Positions 1 to 10,250 of a DNA stretch of 64,000 nt are shown here, one piece after another. Numbering within the stretch: position 1 is the stretch's first letter; every line of letters begins with the position of its first letter. Origin of the DNA: Actinomycetota bacterium (GTDB lineage: Bacteria; Actinomycetota; AC-67); the NCBI GenBank assembly GCA_041658565.1, contig JBAZZY010000012.1:5606-69605 (forward strand), written 5' to 3'. The position numbers and the translations under genes are program-made. The notes under the pieces are model-generated. The model did no database searches and was not told the DNA's origin. It worked only from the letters and a program-made list of their open reading frames with translations.

Positions 1-482
1 GTTCGATATTGGAGCAATCCGCTCGGATCCGGACTTGGCGGCTGAAGCCTAAGAGGGCTGCCGAGGTGGAGGAACGCGGTGATCGAGTCCGCACTCGCGA
101 TTGGCTCCAGGAAGCCGGGTGGCGGCGGCTATCAATCCTCAACCGAAGTCTCGGCGAGTTTTCTCACGCCAATTCCATGAGCCGGTGGACGGGGGCTCGT
201 GAGGCCTTGGCGCTAATCCAGCCCGAAAGTCGTCCCGGCAAGTCCTTGCCAGTCCAGACGGCAAGGGGCAGTGCACTCGATAGCGTCGCCTTCGCCCTTG
301 GGTCTGAGGTGTTCGAGTGGGCGCATCGTGATCATCCCGCTCTCGCAGACGCACTGGCCGGCGTGCTACCGCGCGACTCCGGAGCGGGAGCACCCAACGA
401 GGTGGAGGAGTGGCTTAGGCGCTGTTGGTCCAAACGCGGCCTGTCTTTCGGAGAAGCCGATTCCGGCACGGTTCAGCCATAG
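1..482 (+). CDS. Hypothetical protein, C-terminal part (5' end outside window)
   Basis: Frame is open from the window start to TAG at 480-482; protein-like sequence containing NRSLGEFSH; island context. Confidence 0.5.
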   Translation, partial: SILEQSARIRTWRLKPKRAAEVEERGDRVRTRDWLQEAGWRRLSILNRSLGEFSHANSMSRWTGAREALALIQPESRPGKSLPVQTARGSALDSVAFALGSEVFEWAHRDHPALADALAGVLPRDSGAGAPNEVEEWLRRCWSKRGLSFGEADSGTVQP

Positions 483-984
483 GGGGTGCGCCGACGCCAG
501 GTCGGGGCGCGCTGCGTCCCTCTAGACCAGGCGCCCACGAGAACCCGGAACTGGCATCGATCGCCCGGAACAGCTTGAATCTCCGCGCAGGCAAGCGAGC
601 GGCTGCTTGATACCATAAAACAAGAGGACTGAAACGACGGTGAGCCGGCGATGTAGCCGACTTCGAGTTGGTTGGCGCATTGACTCATGGGAGGCAACAA
701 TCCGTGCAGGTGGTTTGGCCCTTCGTTGCCGCCCCCGCTTCTTGGGAGTGGGAGACCCGCTCCGTGCGCTCGAAGATCGATTCCCGGCGGAACGTAGTGG
801 GCCTGCTCCGACGTTCTGCTCGCGGGCGATGTCGGTGGCCTCGTGTAGGTTCTTACAATGACCGACTCTTCGCGATCGAGGATCTGGCGACCGGACGTCC
901 TACAAGATGCGCTGCGCTGCGCGTCGCGCGAATATTCTCGGGCAGTCATGCTCAACCCGCCATTTGTCCGCAGGAGGAACCATC

Positions 985-1953
985 GTGACCGCCTCCGCTG
1001 ACCACATCAAGGCGCTCGTTAAGAGCCACACGTCAGGAGACGATGAGGCGTTCTACGCCGTGGCGATGCAGGTGGCAGCCAAAGCGGCGCGGCAAGGGCA
1101 TCACCGATTGGCAACGGACCTGAAGCAATTGGTGGAAGCCGCACGGCGGCAAAATTCTGGAACAGTCGTGACCCCGATCGTCCAACCGCGGGGCGAACTC
1201 GCGGATCTGGTGGTCGCATCGTTCCCTCGGGTTCAATTACGAGACCTCATCGTGCCGGATGGGCTCCGCGGTCGCTTGGAGCTGGTCATCGCCGAGCAAA
1301 GGCAGCGCCACGCACTGATGGAGCAAGGCTTCAACCCGGCCCACAGGCTCCTGCTCGAAGGGCCGCCGGGTACCGGAAAGACCATGACGGCGGCAGTGCT
1401 CGCTCACGCGCTGGATCTGCCGCTGCTGACGATTCGGCTTGATAGCGTCTTCAGCAAGTACCTGGGAGAGACGGGGAGCAAGCTGAGAACAGTGTTCGAC
1501 GCCGCTGCGACGCAGCGGGCCGTCTATCTGTTCGACGAGTTTGACGCGCTCGGTGGCGACCGGGCGGGCAACGATGTCGGGGAAGCGCGCCGAATCCTTA
1601 ACTCGTTCCTCGTTTTCCTCGAACAGGCGAGTGCTGAGAGTTTGGTAATCGCCTCGACTAACCATCGAGCGATTCTCGATCGTGCGCTGTTCCGACGATT
1701 CGACATGGTGATCACCTACGACCGACCGGACGCGGCACAAGCTGTCGCGGTTTTGAAGGCGCGCCTCGGCCCGATCGGGAAGGGCATTCGATGGGCGACA
1801 GTGCGGACACACACTGCAGGGCTGAGCCACGCCGAACTAGTGAAGGCCGCCGAAGCGTCAGCGAAGCGCGCTCTGCTCGCTGGCGAGCCAACAGTCACTA
1901 CCGAGTCTCTCCTCGCTGCTCTACGCGAACGAGGCGAGTCAACAGTTGCCTGA
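985..1953 (+). CDS. ietA: AAA+ ATPase, IetA-like
   Basis: SD GGAGG then GTG at 985; Walker A GPPGTGKT, Walker B LFDEFD, sensor STNH, LDRALFRRFD; overlaps the downstream S8 peptidase by 8 nt. Confidence 0.88.
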   Translation: MTASADHIKALVKSHTSGDDEAFYAVAMQVAAKAARQGHHRLATDLKQLVEAARRQNSGTVVTPIVQPRGELADLVVASFPRVQLRDLIVPDGLRGRLELVIAEQRQRHALMEQGFNPAHRLLLEGPPGTGKTMTAAVLAHALDLPLLTIRLDSVFSKYLGETGSKLRTVFDAAATQRAVYLFDEFDALGGDRAGNDVGEARRILNSFLVFLEQASAESLVIASTNHRAILDRALFRRFDMVITYDRPDAAQAVAVLKARLGPIGKGIRWATVRTHTAGLSHAELVKAAEASAKRALLAGEPTVTTESLLAALRERGESTVA

Positions 1954-4477
1954 CCAGGAGGAGCGGTTACCTCATCTCCTCGTTCTCGCTCACGTCGAAG
2001 ATCGTGAGTTCACGCGGCGCGGTGGCGGCGAGCCACGGATTCGTGATGTCGAGCGGCGTGCGCACGGCCAGCGCATTCAAGCTGAGGCGTCGTCCGCCCT
2101 CGCGGAGCAGGATGAGCATCGCGTGCAAGTGGGTCTGGAAGAGCCTGAGGCTTTGGGTGTCGTGGTCACGGTCGAAGGAAGCGGAGGGGTTGACTATCCG
2201 CTGCGCCTCGACTCGCTGGAGCACTTGAGTTCGCACCGCTCTGGACCCCTACCGAAGTGGCTACTTCTAAGCGTGTCGCCGGCTACGGACGAAGCTCCCG
2301 AGCGTGCCCTCGTCTGGGTCAGCGACCAGTATCGGGCGGCATTTCTGAAACAGTTCGAGGACTATGTCACGAAGGTCTCGCGGGGAGGCCACCCTCGTAA
2401 CCGCGAACTCGTCGCGAATATGAGCCGCATTAGAGCGACGGTTCTTCGTGATCTCTGGCAGTCCGAGGGCGAGCCCGATACGACCGGCGTGAGGTGGTGG
2501 GAGCTTTGGTTGCTTCCGGTATCCGATGCGGTCGATCTCGCCGAGCGCTTCGCGCAGGCGGCAGGGCTGACCTTGATCGGGCGTCACTTGTATTTCGATA
2601 CGCGCACGGTGGTTTGGATTCAAGCGTGTTGGACAGACCTGCTCCCCTTGCCTTTCACTGCGGTTCCAATCGCCGAGATACGACGGCCGCAGTTCGTTGA
2701 CACGATAGAAGACCTCACGCTTGATGAGCAGCAGGAGCTTGTTGGCGACCTTTCAGGGCGGATCACTCCAGCGCAACCGGAGGCTCCAGCGGTGTGTCTT
2801 GTCGACACCGGCGCCCGTCGGACCCATGTGCTTCTCGACGGATCTCTAAGCTCAGGCGATATGCATTCAGTCGTCGGTCTGCCCGAGGGAGATGTGCACG
2901 GTCACGGGACGCGAATGGCCGGCCTCGCCCTCTACGGTCCGGTCGACGTTGAGTTACTTCGGAGTGGAGGCGTCGTCCTTCTGCATCGCCTTGAGTCGGT
3001 CAAACTCCTGCCGGACCCCGGCCAACCTCCTCACGACCCCGACTCCTACGGTCTCGTCACCGCCGAGGCGGTCGCCGCCCCGGAGGTCGTTTCCTCGCGT
3101 CGGAGGGCGTACTGCATGCCTATCACGGCCAACTCCGACCGCCCGGGCGAACCGTCGCTGTGGTCCGCGACCGTTGACGCGTTAGCAGTTGGGACCGACG
3201 TTGGTCGCTCCAACGACGGGATCAAGCTGCTTGGTCCCCCGTCTCCCGACGCAGCACGCCTCATCGTAATTTCGGTCGGCAACGTGGATGAGCCGTACGA
3301 ACTCGATTACCGCCAGAAATGCGATCTCTCGCCAATTGAAGATCCCGCCCAAGCGTGGAACGCCCTCGCGGTTGGTGCATACACGGAGCTAACCGATGCA
3401 CCGACCGATCCGTCGTTTGCGGGATGGAAAGGGGTCGCTCCGAACGGTGACATCTCGCCCCATAGCAGGACCGGCGTCATTGCTGGCGGTAAGGCATGGC
3501 CAATAAAACCTGACATCTGCATGGAAGGTGGCAACGTACTCACGGACGGGACGAACGACTTCAATCACAGCCACCCGCTGATGTCCCTGCTGACGACGGA
3601 TCTGCGTAACGATGTCGCGCTCAGCTCGGCGAACGCAACGAGCGCTGCAACGGCGCAGGCAAGTCGTCTGGCTGCGTTGGCGATGGCGATCTATCCCTCC
3701 TATTGGCCGGAGACCATCCGCGGACTTCTCGTCCACAGCGCCGAGTGGACGGCGACGATGCGCTCCGAGATTCTCGCCGAAACTGGCAAGGAGAGGCGCG
3801 TTCTCCTCTTGAAGCGGTATGGCTGGGGAGTCCCGGATGCGCCGACCGTTCTTACCTCCGCGCGAAACGCTGTCACGATGGTTGTCCAAGACGAGTTCGT
3901 GCCCTTCACGGGCGAGGACTACCGAATGAGGAACTTCCGGCTGCACGAGTTGCCCTGGCCCCGTGATGTGCTCGCGGACCTGGGGGCGGACGACGTTGAT
4001 CTGCGCGTAACTCTCTCGTACTTCATAGAGCCATCGGCGGCTCGTCGCGGCTGGCGTCGGCGGTACGCCTACGCTTCGCACGGTCTGCGCTTCGAGCTCC
4101 GAGGACCGAACGAGGACACACCCAACTTCATTCGCCGAGTCAACCGCGAAGCTGCGCGGGAGGAAGAGGAAGGGAACGCAGGCGTCTCGTCATCGACCGA
4201 TCACTGGATGATCGGCCCGAACCAGCGCAACAAGGGATCGCTCCATCAAGACATCTGGGAAGGGCACGGAGCCGAGCTCGCCGCTACTGGCGGTGTGCTC
4301 GCTGTGCATGTCGTCGGTGGGTGGTGGAAGAACAGCAAGCGAAAGGACCGGGTCGACCGGGCGGTGCGGTACGCGCTGGTGGTCTCGCTCAGGACGAAGA
4401 CGGCGGATGTCGACCTGTACACGCCGATCGCGACTCAGCTCAACATACCGGTGAGTGCGGTTGCAATCGAGGTTTGA
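1946..4477 (+). CDS. ietS: S8 subtilisin-like serine peptidase, IetS-like
   Basis: Triad motifs VCLVDTG (D), HGHGTRMAG (H), NATSAATA (S); long N- and C-terminal extensions; no signal peptide; coupled to the AAA ATPase. Confidence 0.88.
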   Translation: MPDQEERLPHLLVLAHVEDREFTRRGGGEPRIRDVERRAHGQRIQAEASSALAEQDEHRVQVGLEEPEALGVVVTVEGSGGVDYPLRLDSLEHLSSHRSGPLPKWLLLSVSPATDEAPERALVWVSDQYRAAFLKQFEDYVTKVSRGGHPRNRELVANMSRIRATVLRDLWQSEGEPDTTGVRWWELWLLPVSDAVDLAERFAQAAGLTLIGRHLYFDTRTVVWIQACWTDLLPLPFTAVPIAEIRRPQFVDTIEDLTLDEQQELVGDLSGRITPAQPEAPAVCLVDTGARRTHVLLDGSLSSGDMHSVVGLPEGDVHGHGTRMAGLALYGPVDVELLRSGGVVLLHRLESVKLLPDPGQPPHDPDSYGLVTAEAVAAPEVVSSRRRAYCMPITANSDRPGEPSLWSATVDALAVGTDVGRSNDGIKLLGPPSPDAARLIVISVGNVDEPYELDYRQKCDLSPIEDPAQAWNALAVGAYTELTDAPTDPSFAGWKGVAPNGDISPHSRTGVIAGGKAWPIKPDICMEGGNVLTDGTNDFNHSHPLMSLLTTDLRNDVALSSANATSAATAQASRLAALAMAIYPSYWPETIRGLLVHSAEWTATMRSEILAETGKERRVLLLKRYGWGVPDAPTVLTSARNAVTMVVQDEFVPFTGEDYRMRNFRLHELPWPRDVLADLGADDVDLRVTLSYFIEPSAARRGWRRRYAYASHGLRFELRGPNEDTPNFIRRVNREAAREEEEGNAGVSSSTDHWMIGPNQRNKGSLHQDIWEGHGAELAATGGVLAVHVVGGWWKNSKRKDRVDRAVRYALVVSLRTKTADVDLYTPIATQLNIPVSAVAIEV

Positions 4478-4530
4478 TGCGGCCCCGTTCTGCGGTTCGA
4501 TGTCGGAAGCAGACGCTAGCTTAGAGGTGG

Positions 4531-6504
4531 GTGGGAGCGCAGGGGCGCATCGAGGAGGCGAGGCAAACGGAACTTGTCTGGGAAGGTAAGTACGACAAGG
4601 ATGGTCGACGACAGGCTCCGCCGCGAGTTGCGCTCCCGTTTCAGACGGTGGAGACGGTCAACGAATCGGCGCAAGAGCGCCAGCGTTCATTCGATCTCTT
4701 TGCGCGCGGTGGCGATCCGACGTGGCGAAACAGGTTGATCTGGGGCGACAAGAAGTATGTGCTGCCCGCGTTGCTGGACTCCCTGGCGGGGGCCGTAACG
4801 CTTATCTATGTTGATCCACCCTTCGCGACGGGCGCGGACTTCTCTTTCTCGCGGGAAATCCCCGGATCAGACACCACTTTTACGAAGGAACCCAGCGTCA
4901 TTGAGCAGAAGGCGTACAGGGACACCTGGGGACGGGGATTCGACTCGTATCTGCAATGGTTCTATGAGGCGGCACTCGTCCTTCATCAATTGCTCGCAGA
5001 CGATGGCAGCATTTACGTTCACATCGGGCCGAATGTGAATCACCTCGTAAGAGTCTGCCTTGACGAAGTGTTTGGTCGAGAGAACTTTCAGAGCGAAATA
5101 ATCTGGAAACGAGTTTCGGCGCGTAGCCACGGAAAAGGTATCCCCTTCTCGCACGACAGCATCCTGGTTTACTCGCGGTCTGAGGCGCCCGTATGGAATC
5201 CTCAGTACTTGCCCACCAGCGAGAGCTACATCAAGTCTCACTACACGCACGTCGAGTCGGGTAGCGGTCGGAGGTACAGGCTCGACAACACGCTGAACCA
5301 GAATCCCGATCGGCCGAATCTGACTTACGACTGGAAAGGGATCACCCGCACCTGGCGCTGGACGCGCGAGAAGATGCAAGAACTGGATGCGGTCGGACGT
5401 CTCGTCTACACGAAGTCAGGGATGCCGCAATACAAGCGCTATCTTGACGAGTCTCCGGGAACGCTCGTGCAGTCTGTTTGGACTGACATTCCGCCCGTGA
5501 ATTCTCAAGCGATTGAAGACTCCGGATACCCAACGCAGAAGCCAGAGGTGCTGCTCCAACGCATCATCGAAGCGTCTTCGAACGAGGACGACTTAGTCCT
5601 CGACTGCTTCTGCGGAAGCGGGACCACTGCCCTTGTGGCTGAGAAGCTGAACCGCAGGTGGATCGTGTCTGACCTTGGGCGGTTTGCAGTGCATACGACT
5701 CGCAAGCGCCTGCTCGGAGTGCCGAACTTGAGTCCGTTTGTGGTTCAGAATCTCGGCAAGTACGAACGGCAGCTTTGGCAGGCTGCAGAGTTCGGACAAG
5801 CGGCGAAGGTGCGGGCGCGTGCGTATTGTCAGTTCATCCTCGAGCTCTATAAGGCGAAACCGCTTGAAGGATTCGTCTGGCTGCACGGGCTGAAAGCCGG
5901 CCGCATGGTCCACGTCGGAACGGTAGACGCACCGGTGACGGTTGGTGACGTTAAACAAATAGCCATTGAGTTCCGAAAAGCCATTGGCAAGGGCGAAGGT
6001 TCACCAAAGTCCAAAGCAGTCGATGTTCTCGGCTGGGATTTCGCTTTCGAGGTGAACGAGGTTGCCAAGCAGGAGGCCGCGCTCGCAGGTATCAACATGC
6101 GGTTCGTTCGCATTCCTCGTGAGGTGCTAGAGAAGCGCGCGGTGGAGCAAGGAGATATCCGATTCTTCGAGCTGGCAGCTCTTGGTGTTGACGTCAAGAA
6201 AAGGGGGAAGGTGGTGACGCTGGGTCTCACCGACTTCGTCATTCCACTAGACGATGTCCCCGATGAGATCCAGAAAGCGATCACGAACTGGACTCAGTGG
6301 ATCGACTACTGGGCGGTCGACTGGGAGTACAAGGGTGACACTTTCCACAACGAATGGCAGACGTATCGGTTCCGTCAAAGCCGGAGCTTGGAGAAGTCAG
6401 TGAGTCATACCTACGAAGAGGCCGGGACGTACACCATCCTCGTGAAGGTCATTGACATCCTCGGTAATGACACGACGAAGACGCTGAAGGTAGAGGTGAA
6501 GTAG
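4531..6504 (+). CDS. mod: Type III R-M DNA methyltransferase (N6-adenine, beta class)
   Basis: IYVDPPF (motif IV) precedes YPTQKP and DCFCGSGTT (motif I); stop overlaps the res start. Confidence 0.92.
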   Translation: MGAQGRIEEARQTELVWEGKYDKDGRRQAPPRVALPFQTVETVNESAQERQRSFDLFARGGDPTWRNRLIWGDKKYVLPALLDSLAGAVTLIYVDPPFATGADFSFSREIPGSDTTFTKEPSVIEQKAYRDTWGRGFDSYLQWFYEAALVLHQLLADDGSIYVHIGPNVNHLVRVCLDEVFGRENFQSEIIWKRVSARSHGKGIPFSHDSILVYSRSEAPVWNPQYLPTSESYIKSHYTHVESGSGRRYRLDNTLNQNPDRPNLTYDWKGITRTWRWTREKMQELDAVGRLVYTKSGMPQYKRYLDESPGTLVQSVWTDIPPVNSQAIEDSGYPTQKPEVLLQRIIEASSNEDDLVLDCFCGSGTTALVAEKLNRRWIVSDLGRFAVHTTRKRLLGVPNLSPFVVQNLGKYERQLWQAAEFGQAAKVRARAYCQFILELYKAKPLEGFVWLHGLKAGRMVHVGTVDAPVTVGDVKQIAIEFRKAIGKGEGSPKSKAVDVLGWDFAFEVNEVAKQEAALAGINMRFVRIPREVLEKRAVEQGDIRFFELAALGVDVKKRGKVVTLGLTDFVIPLDDVPDEIQKAITNWTQWIDYWAVDWEYKGDTFHNEWQTYRFRQSRSLEKSVSHTYEEAGTYTILVKVIDILGNDTTKTLKVEVK

Positions 6505-9059
6505 TGGCGGGCCGGAAGGAGAAGGCGGCCGAACAGCAGAGCATTCTCGAAGCTCGCGTGACCACGGCCCCATGTGTGCCGGCAATCCGATCGGCAGTCG
6601 CCGAATGGCGCGTGCAGAAATATCGAGATGCGACGGAAACGAGCCGACTGCTGCTGAATCATTGGTTCCTGACCGACCACCGCCAACCGAATGGCTCCTT
6701 CTTCCGTTACCACTACTTTCAGCGCGAAGCCATCGAGACACTTATCTATCTGTATGAGGTTGCCGGGACGAGACGCCACAAGGATCTTCTCGAAACGTTC
6801 GCGCCGAACCTCCCGGGTATCCGCCTGCTCCAATACGACGACTTCACGCGCTACTGCGTGAAGATGGCGACAGGAAGCGGGAAGACGAAGGGCATGGCTC
6901 TGGCGGTGGCCTGGCAGTACTTCAACGCGGTGGCCGAGGGTCGCGACGACTACGCCCGCACGTTCTTGATTGTGGCCCCGAACGTCATCGTGTTCGAGAG
7001 ACTTCGAAGCGACTTTGGCGGCGGTCGCATCTTCAAGACCGATCCTGTGATTCCGCCGGAACTGTCGGTGTACTGGGATCTGGATTGCTACATGCGAGGT
7101 GAGAGCGAGCGAGCGAGTTCGCAGGGCGCGCTCTATCTCACGAACGTCCAGCAGTTGTACGAACGGCAGGAAAGGGTGGATGAGGACGAGCCGGAGGAAA
7201 TGACGGCAGTGCTGGGGGAGAAACCGCCGCCATACATGGCTGAGCCTGAGCCGTTCGATCGCAGAATCGTTACGCGCGGCGGGCCATGCATGGTGGTGAA
7301 CGATGAAGGCCACCACACGCACGAAGAGGACAGCGAATGGAGCAAGGTCATACGACGACTCCACGGGACAGTATCCGGCGGGGTTGCTGCGCAACTCGAT
7401 TTCACGGCCACCCCAAGGTATGCGAAGGGCGGTCTTTTCACGTGGACTGTGTTCGATTATCCCTTGAAGCAGGCGATCATCGACAACGTCGTGAAGCGAC
7501 CCATGAAAGGTGTGGCCGCAGGAATCAAGGAGCAGCCGTCCGATGTCGCGAGTGCCCGGTATCAGGCGTACATCACAGCTGGAGTTGAGCGTTGGCGGGA
7601 GTATCGCGAACAGCTCACGCCTCTTGGCAAGAAGCCGATCCTCTTCTTGATGCTGAATAGCACCGCAGAGGCGGATGATATTTGCGAGTACCTGCGCGTC
7701 AAGTATCCCGATGAGTTCGGCGGTGAGCGTTCGCTTGTAATCCATACGGATAGGAGCGGCGACGTTTCCAAGAAAGACCTGGATAAAGCGCGCGAGACAG
7801 CGCGTCAGGTTGATGAGGGCGAAAGTCCGGTGAATGCGATCGTGAGCGTTCTCATGCTTCGCGAAGGTTGGGACGTTCAAAACGTGACCGTAATCGTGGG
7901 GCTTCGGCCATACACATCGAAGGCCAACATCTTGCCTGAGCAGACGATTGGTCGAGGACTCCGGCTCATGTTCCGGAACATGGCCGGCGGCTACACGGAG
8001 CGTGTCGACGTGATCGGGAACAACGCGTTCCTTAAATTCGTGGAACAGCTAGAGCGCGAGGAGGATATCGCGCTCGAGTCGTTCGACCTCAAAGAACCGC
8101 TTGTTATCCAGACGATCGCGCCCGATCCAGAGAAGCTGGACAAGGACGTGACGATGCCGGTCCTGAGTCCGATCTTGTCACGCAAGAAGACTTTGGCCGA
8201 GGAGATCGCTGGGCTCGATGTCGCAGCGATGAGCTGTCCAGTGTTCCCGCGCAAGGCTGACGATGCGGCGTCGAAGAAGTTCAAGTACGAGGGTTACGAC
8301 ATCGTGACGTTGGAGAAGCTGGTCGATCGAGAGTACGAGGTCCCGGAGCCGCGCACCTCCGAAGAGGTTATCTCCTACTACTCGAAGCGCATCTCGCAGG
8401 ACGTGAAGCTTCCATCACAATTCGCAGCCCTCGTTCCAAAGGTTCGTGAGTTCCTCGAAACGCGTGCATTCGGGGAGCGGGTCGATCTGGCGGACCCAGT
8501 CATCATCAAGGCCGTTGCGACGGCGGTCGCGCAATACGTGACCGTGAAGACGTTCGCGAGGGCCTTGCGCGGTCTCGTCGTCGAAGAGCTGGCGCCTGAG
8601 CTGTTGAGTCCGGGGCGAAGACTGTCTGAGACTCCGCCGTTCCCGTACTCTCGGCCCACGTTGCCCGCCAAGAAGACGGTGTTCAATCTCGCGGCGTGTG
8701 ACAACGAGTTCGAGAGAGAGTTCGCTCGTTTCCTGGAGAACGCATCGGATGTTGTGTGCTTCGCGAAACTCCCAAGTCAGTTCGGATTCACGATCGAGTA
8801 CACCGACGCGGCGACGAACCTTCGTTACTATGAGCCCGATTTCGTTGTCGTTACGAAGAGCGGCGGCCATTTTCTGGTCGAAACGAAAGGCCGCGAAGAT
8901 ATTGATGTCGCGCATAAGGATCGTGCTGCCGGAATCTGGTGTGAGAACGCAACGTTGCTTACGGGAACTGCGTGGGCCTATGTGAAGGCTCTGCAGGTGG
9001 AATGGAACAAGCTTCGGCCGTCCGACTTCGCCGAGCTACGCCTGGTGTTCAGCGCTTAG
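6504..9059 (+). CDS. res: Type III R-M restriction subunit (SF2 helicase + PD-(D/E)XK nuclease)
   Basis: KMATGSGKT, VNDEGHH, FTATP, MLREGWDV, EQTIGRGLR; C-terminal YEPDF...LVETKG. Confidence 0.92.
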   Translation: MAGRKEKAAEQQSILEARVTTAPCVPAIRSAVAEWRVQKYRDATETSRLLLNHWFLTDHRQPNGSFFRYHYFQREAIETLIYLYEVAGTRRHKDLLETFAPNLPGIRLLQYDDFTRYCVKMATGSGKTKGMALAVAWQYFNAVAEGRDDYARTFLIVAPNVIVFERLRSDFGGGRIFKTDPVIPPELSVYWDLDCYMRGESERASSQGALYLTNVQQLYERQERVDEDEPEEMTAVLGEKPPPYMAEPEPFDRRIVTRGGPCMVVNDEGHHTHEEDSEWSKVIRRLHGTVSGGVAAQLDFTATPRYAKGGLFTWTVFDYPLKQAIIDNVVKRPMKGVAAGIKEQPSDVASARYQAYITAGVERWREYREQLTPLGKKPILFLMLNSTAEADDICEYLRVKYPDEFGGERSLVIHTDRSGDVSKKDLDKARETARQVDEGESPVNAIVSVLMLREGWDVQNVTVIVGLRPYTSKANILPEQTIGRGLRLMFRNMAGGYTERVDVIGNNAFLKFVEQLEREEDIALESFDLKEPLVIQTIAPDPEKLDKDVTMPVLSPILSRKKTLAEEIAGLDVAAMSCPVFPRKADDAASKKFKYEGYDIVTLEKLVDREYEVPEPRTSEEVISYYSKRISQDVKLPSQFAALVPKVREFLETRAFGERVDLADPVIIKAVATAVAQYVTVKTFARALRGLVVEELAPELLSPGRRLSETPPFPYSRPTLPAKKTVFNLAACDNEFEREFARFLENASDVVCFAKLPSQFGFTIEYTDAATNLRYYEPDFVVVTKSGGHFLVETKGREDIDVAHKDRAAGIWCENATLLTGTAWAYVKALQVEWNKLRPSDFAELRLVFSA

Positions 9060-9166
9060 GACACTTGGAGCGCTCAAGACTCGTCGTCGATCAAGCGGAG
9101 TGTCGGAGAGAAGGGCACACTCGAAATGCTGAAACAGCGTCGACCGACACGGTACGCTTCGGAGCG

Positions 9167-10021
9167 ATGGATGCTTCCGAACGCTTTGCGAAGCGTGCAA
9201 TCGAGACGATAAGCGGTCGACCACTTGTTGCGTGGGACGTTTCGCCACGACAGGGTGCGGTCGACTTTAGGTGCCTGGAGTCACCGACGATTGCGGTCGA
9301 AGTGAAGCGACTGGCAATGCACGATTTCGAGCAGGCGCGGAATCGTGTCTCTCGGTACGGCGGACTCGTGGCCAGCAGCGAAGTAGCCATGTGTTGGTCT
9401 GTACTCATCGAGTTGCCAACCGACGGGCACCCCGGAGTTGCGCCCGATGTTCGTCGTCTCGCTGCGGAGCTGGGGCCGATCCTCGTGGCGTTGGAACAGC
9501 GGGGCATCTCCTCAACTCGTGGCGCGCACATGGACTGGGACGAGGTTCGCGGTTGGCACGGCCCGGTCGTCGAATTTCTCCGCCTTGCTGGCGATGCGAT
9601 GGCGATGGCGACGCCTGCTAGCGAACAGCTCCCAGCGGGAATCACTCTGGTCGGGGGATGGGGCGCAGCGTGCAAGGACGATCCGAACGTGACGGCCCGG
9701 GTAGCCGAGGAATTCATCAACGGAGATTCGAAACAAGCGTTGAACATGCGCGAAAAGCTTGGGCGTTCGACAGACGCGGAGCGACACGCGTTCATTCTCT
9801 TAACGGATTGCGTTGCACAAGCATGGCTCTTCGATGACTGGGGTTGTACCCGGATGCCGACGGCGAGGCTGAAGCTGCCGGAGGAAATCGATTGCCTCTG
9901 GATCTCCAGAGGAGGAACCAGTGTGTGGTGGTTCGATGAATCGGGCTGGCACGGGACTGAGATGGAGAGGCAGGACGACACGATTGAGACGGCGAGCACC
10001 GGGTCGATTGCGCGAGGGTAG
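9167..10021 (+). CDS. Hypothetical protein, possible restriction-endonuclease-like fold
   Basis: GGAG SD before ATG 9167; AVDF...IAVEVKR motif near the N-terminus. Confidence 0.6.
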   Translation: MDASERFAKRAIETISGRPLVAWDVSPRQGAVDFRCLESPTIAVEVKRLAMHDFEQARNRVSRYGGLVASSEVAMCWSVLIELPTDGHPGVAPDVRRLAAELGPILVALEQRGISSTRGAHMDWDEVRGWHGPVVEFLRLAGDAMAMATPASEQLPAGITLVGGWGAACKDDPNVTARVAEEFINGDSKQALNMREKLGRSTDAERHAFILLTDCVAQAWLFDDWGCTRMPTARLKLPEEIDCLWISRGGTSVWWFDESGWHGTEMERQDDTIETASTGSIARG

Positions 10022-10137
10022 AGCTCGCGATGCTAAGCATCTACGTGACGCCGTGAAGGGAAGAGAATGCCCCTTGCGCGCCGATGACGACGTGGTGGCG
10101 AGGTCTTGATTGGGCGACCCTGTTGCGAGTGCCCCTG

Positions 10138-10209
10138 TGCCCCCACCAGGAATTGAACCTAGATCTCCGGTTTAGGAAACCGCCGCTCTGTCCGTTGAGC
10201 TATGGGGGC
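10138..10209 (-). tRNA. tRNA-Arg (anticodon CCT), CCA not encoded
   Basis: Reverse complement GCCCCCATAGCTCAACGGACAGAGCGGCGGTTTCCTAAACCGGAGATCTAGGTTCAATTCCTGGTGGGGGCA folds as a cloverleaf: 7-bp acceptor stem, anticodon loop TTCCTAA, GGTTCAATTCC T-loop. Confidence 0.95.
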
Positions 10210-10226
10210 TCGGCGTCAGCATGTTA

Positions 10227-10250
10227 CCGGTTCGCGTTGAAGCGAACCGG
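10227..10250. repeat. Inverted repeat between the tRNA promoter and the divergent pilin-like operon
   Basis: CCGGTTCGC-gttgaa-GCGAACCGG, perfect 9-bp arms. Confidence 0.5.

Larger units (their letters stand above)
1..10137. mobile_element. Genomic (defence) island, right end, abutting the tRNA-Arg 3' end; no integrase in window
   Basis: Cluster of defence genes ends at a tRNA 3' end; visibly more A/T-rich codons and few GCGCGC runs compared with the rest of the window. Confidence 0.7.

Noticed and set aside
473-988. ORFs 473-955(-), 640-861(+) and 668-988(+) upstream of ietA
   Set aside because: No recognisable motifs, atypical composition and mutually overlapping; treated as intergenic or degenerate DNA.
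4531-6504. Phase-variable simple repeats in mod
   Set aside because: No homopolymer or SSR tract evident in the gene or its promoter.
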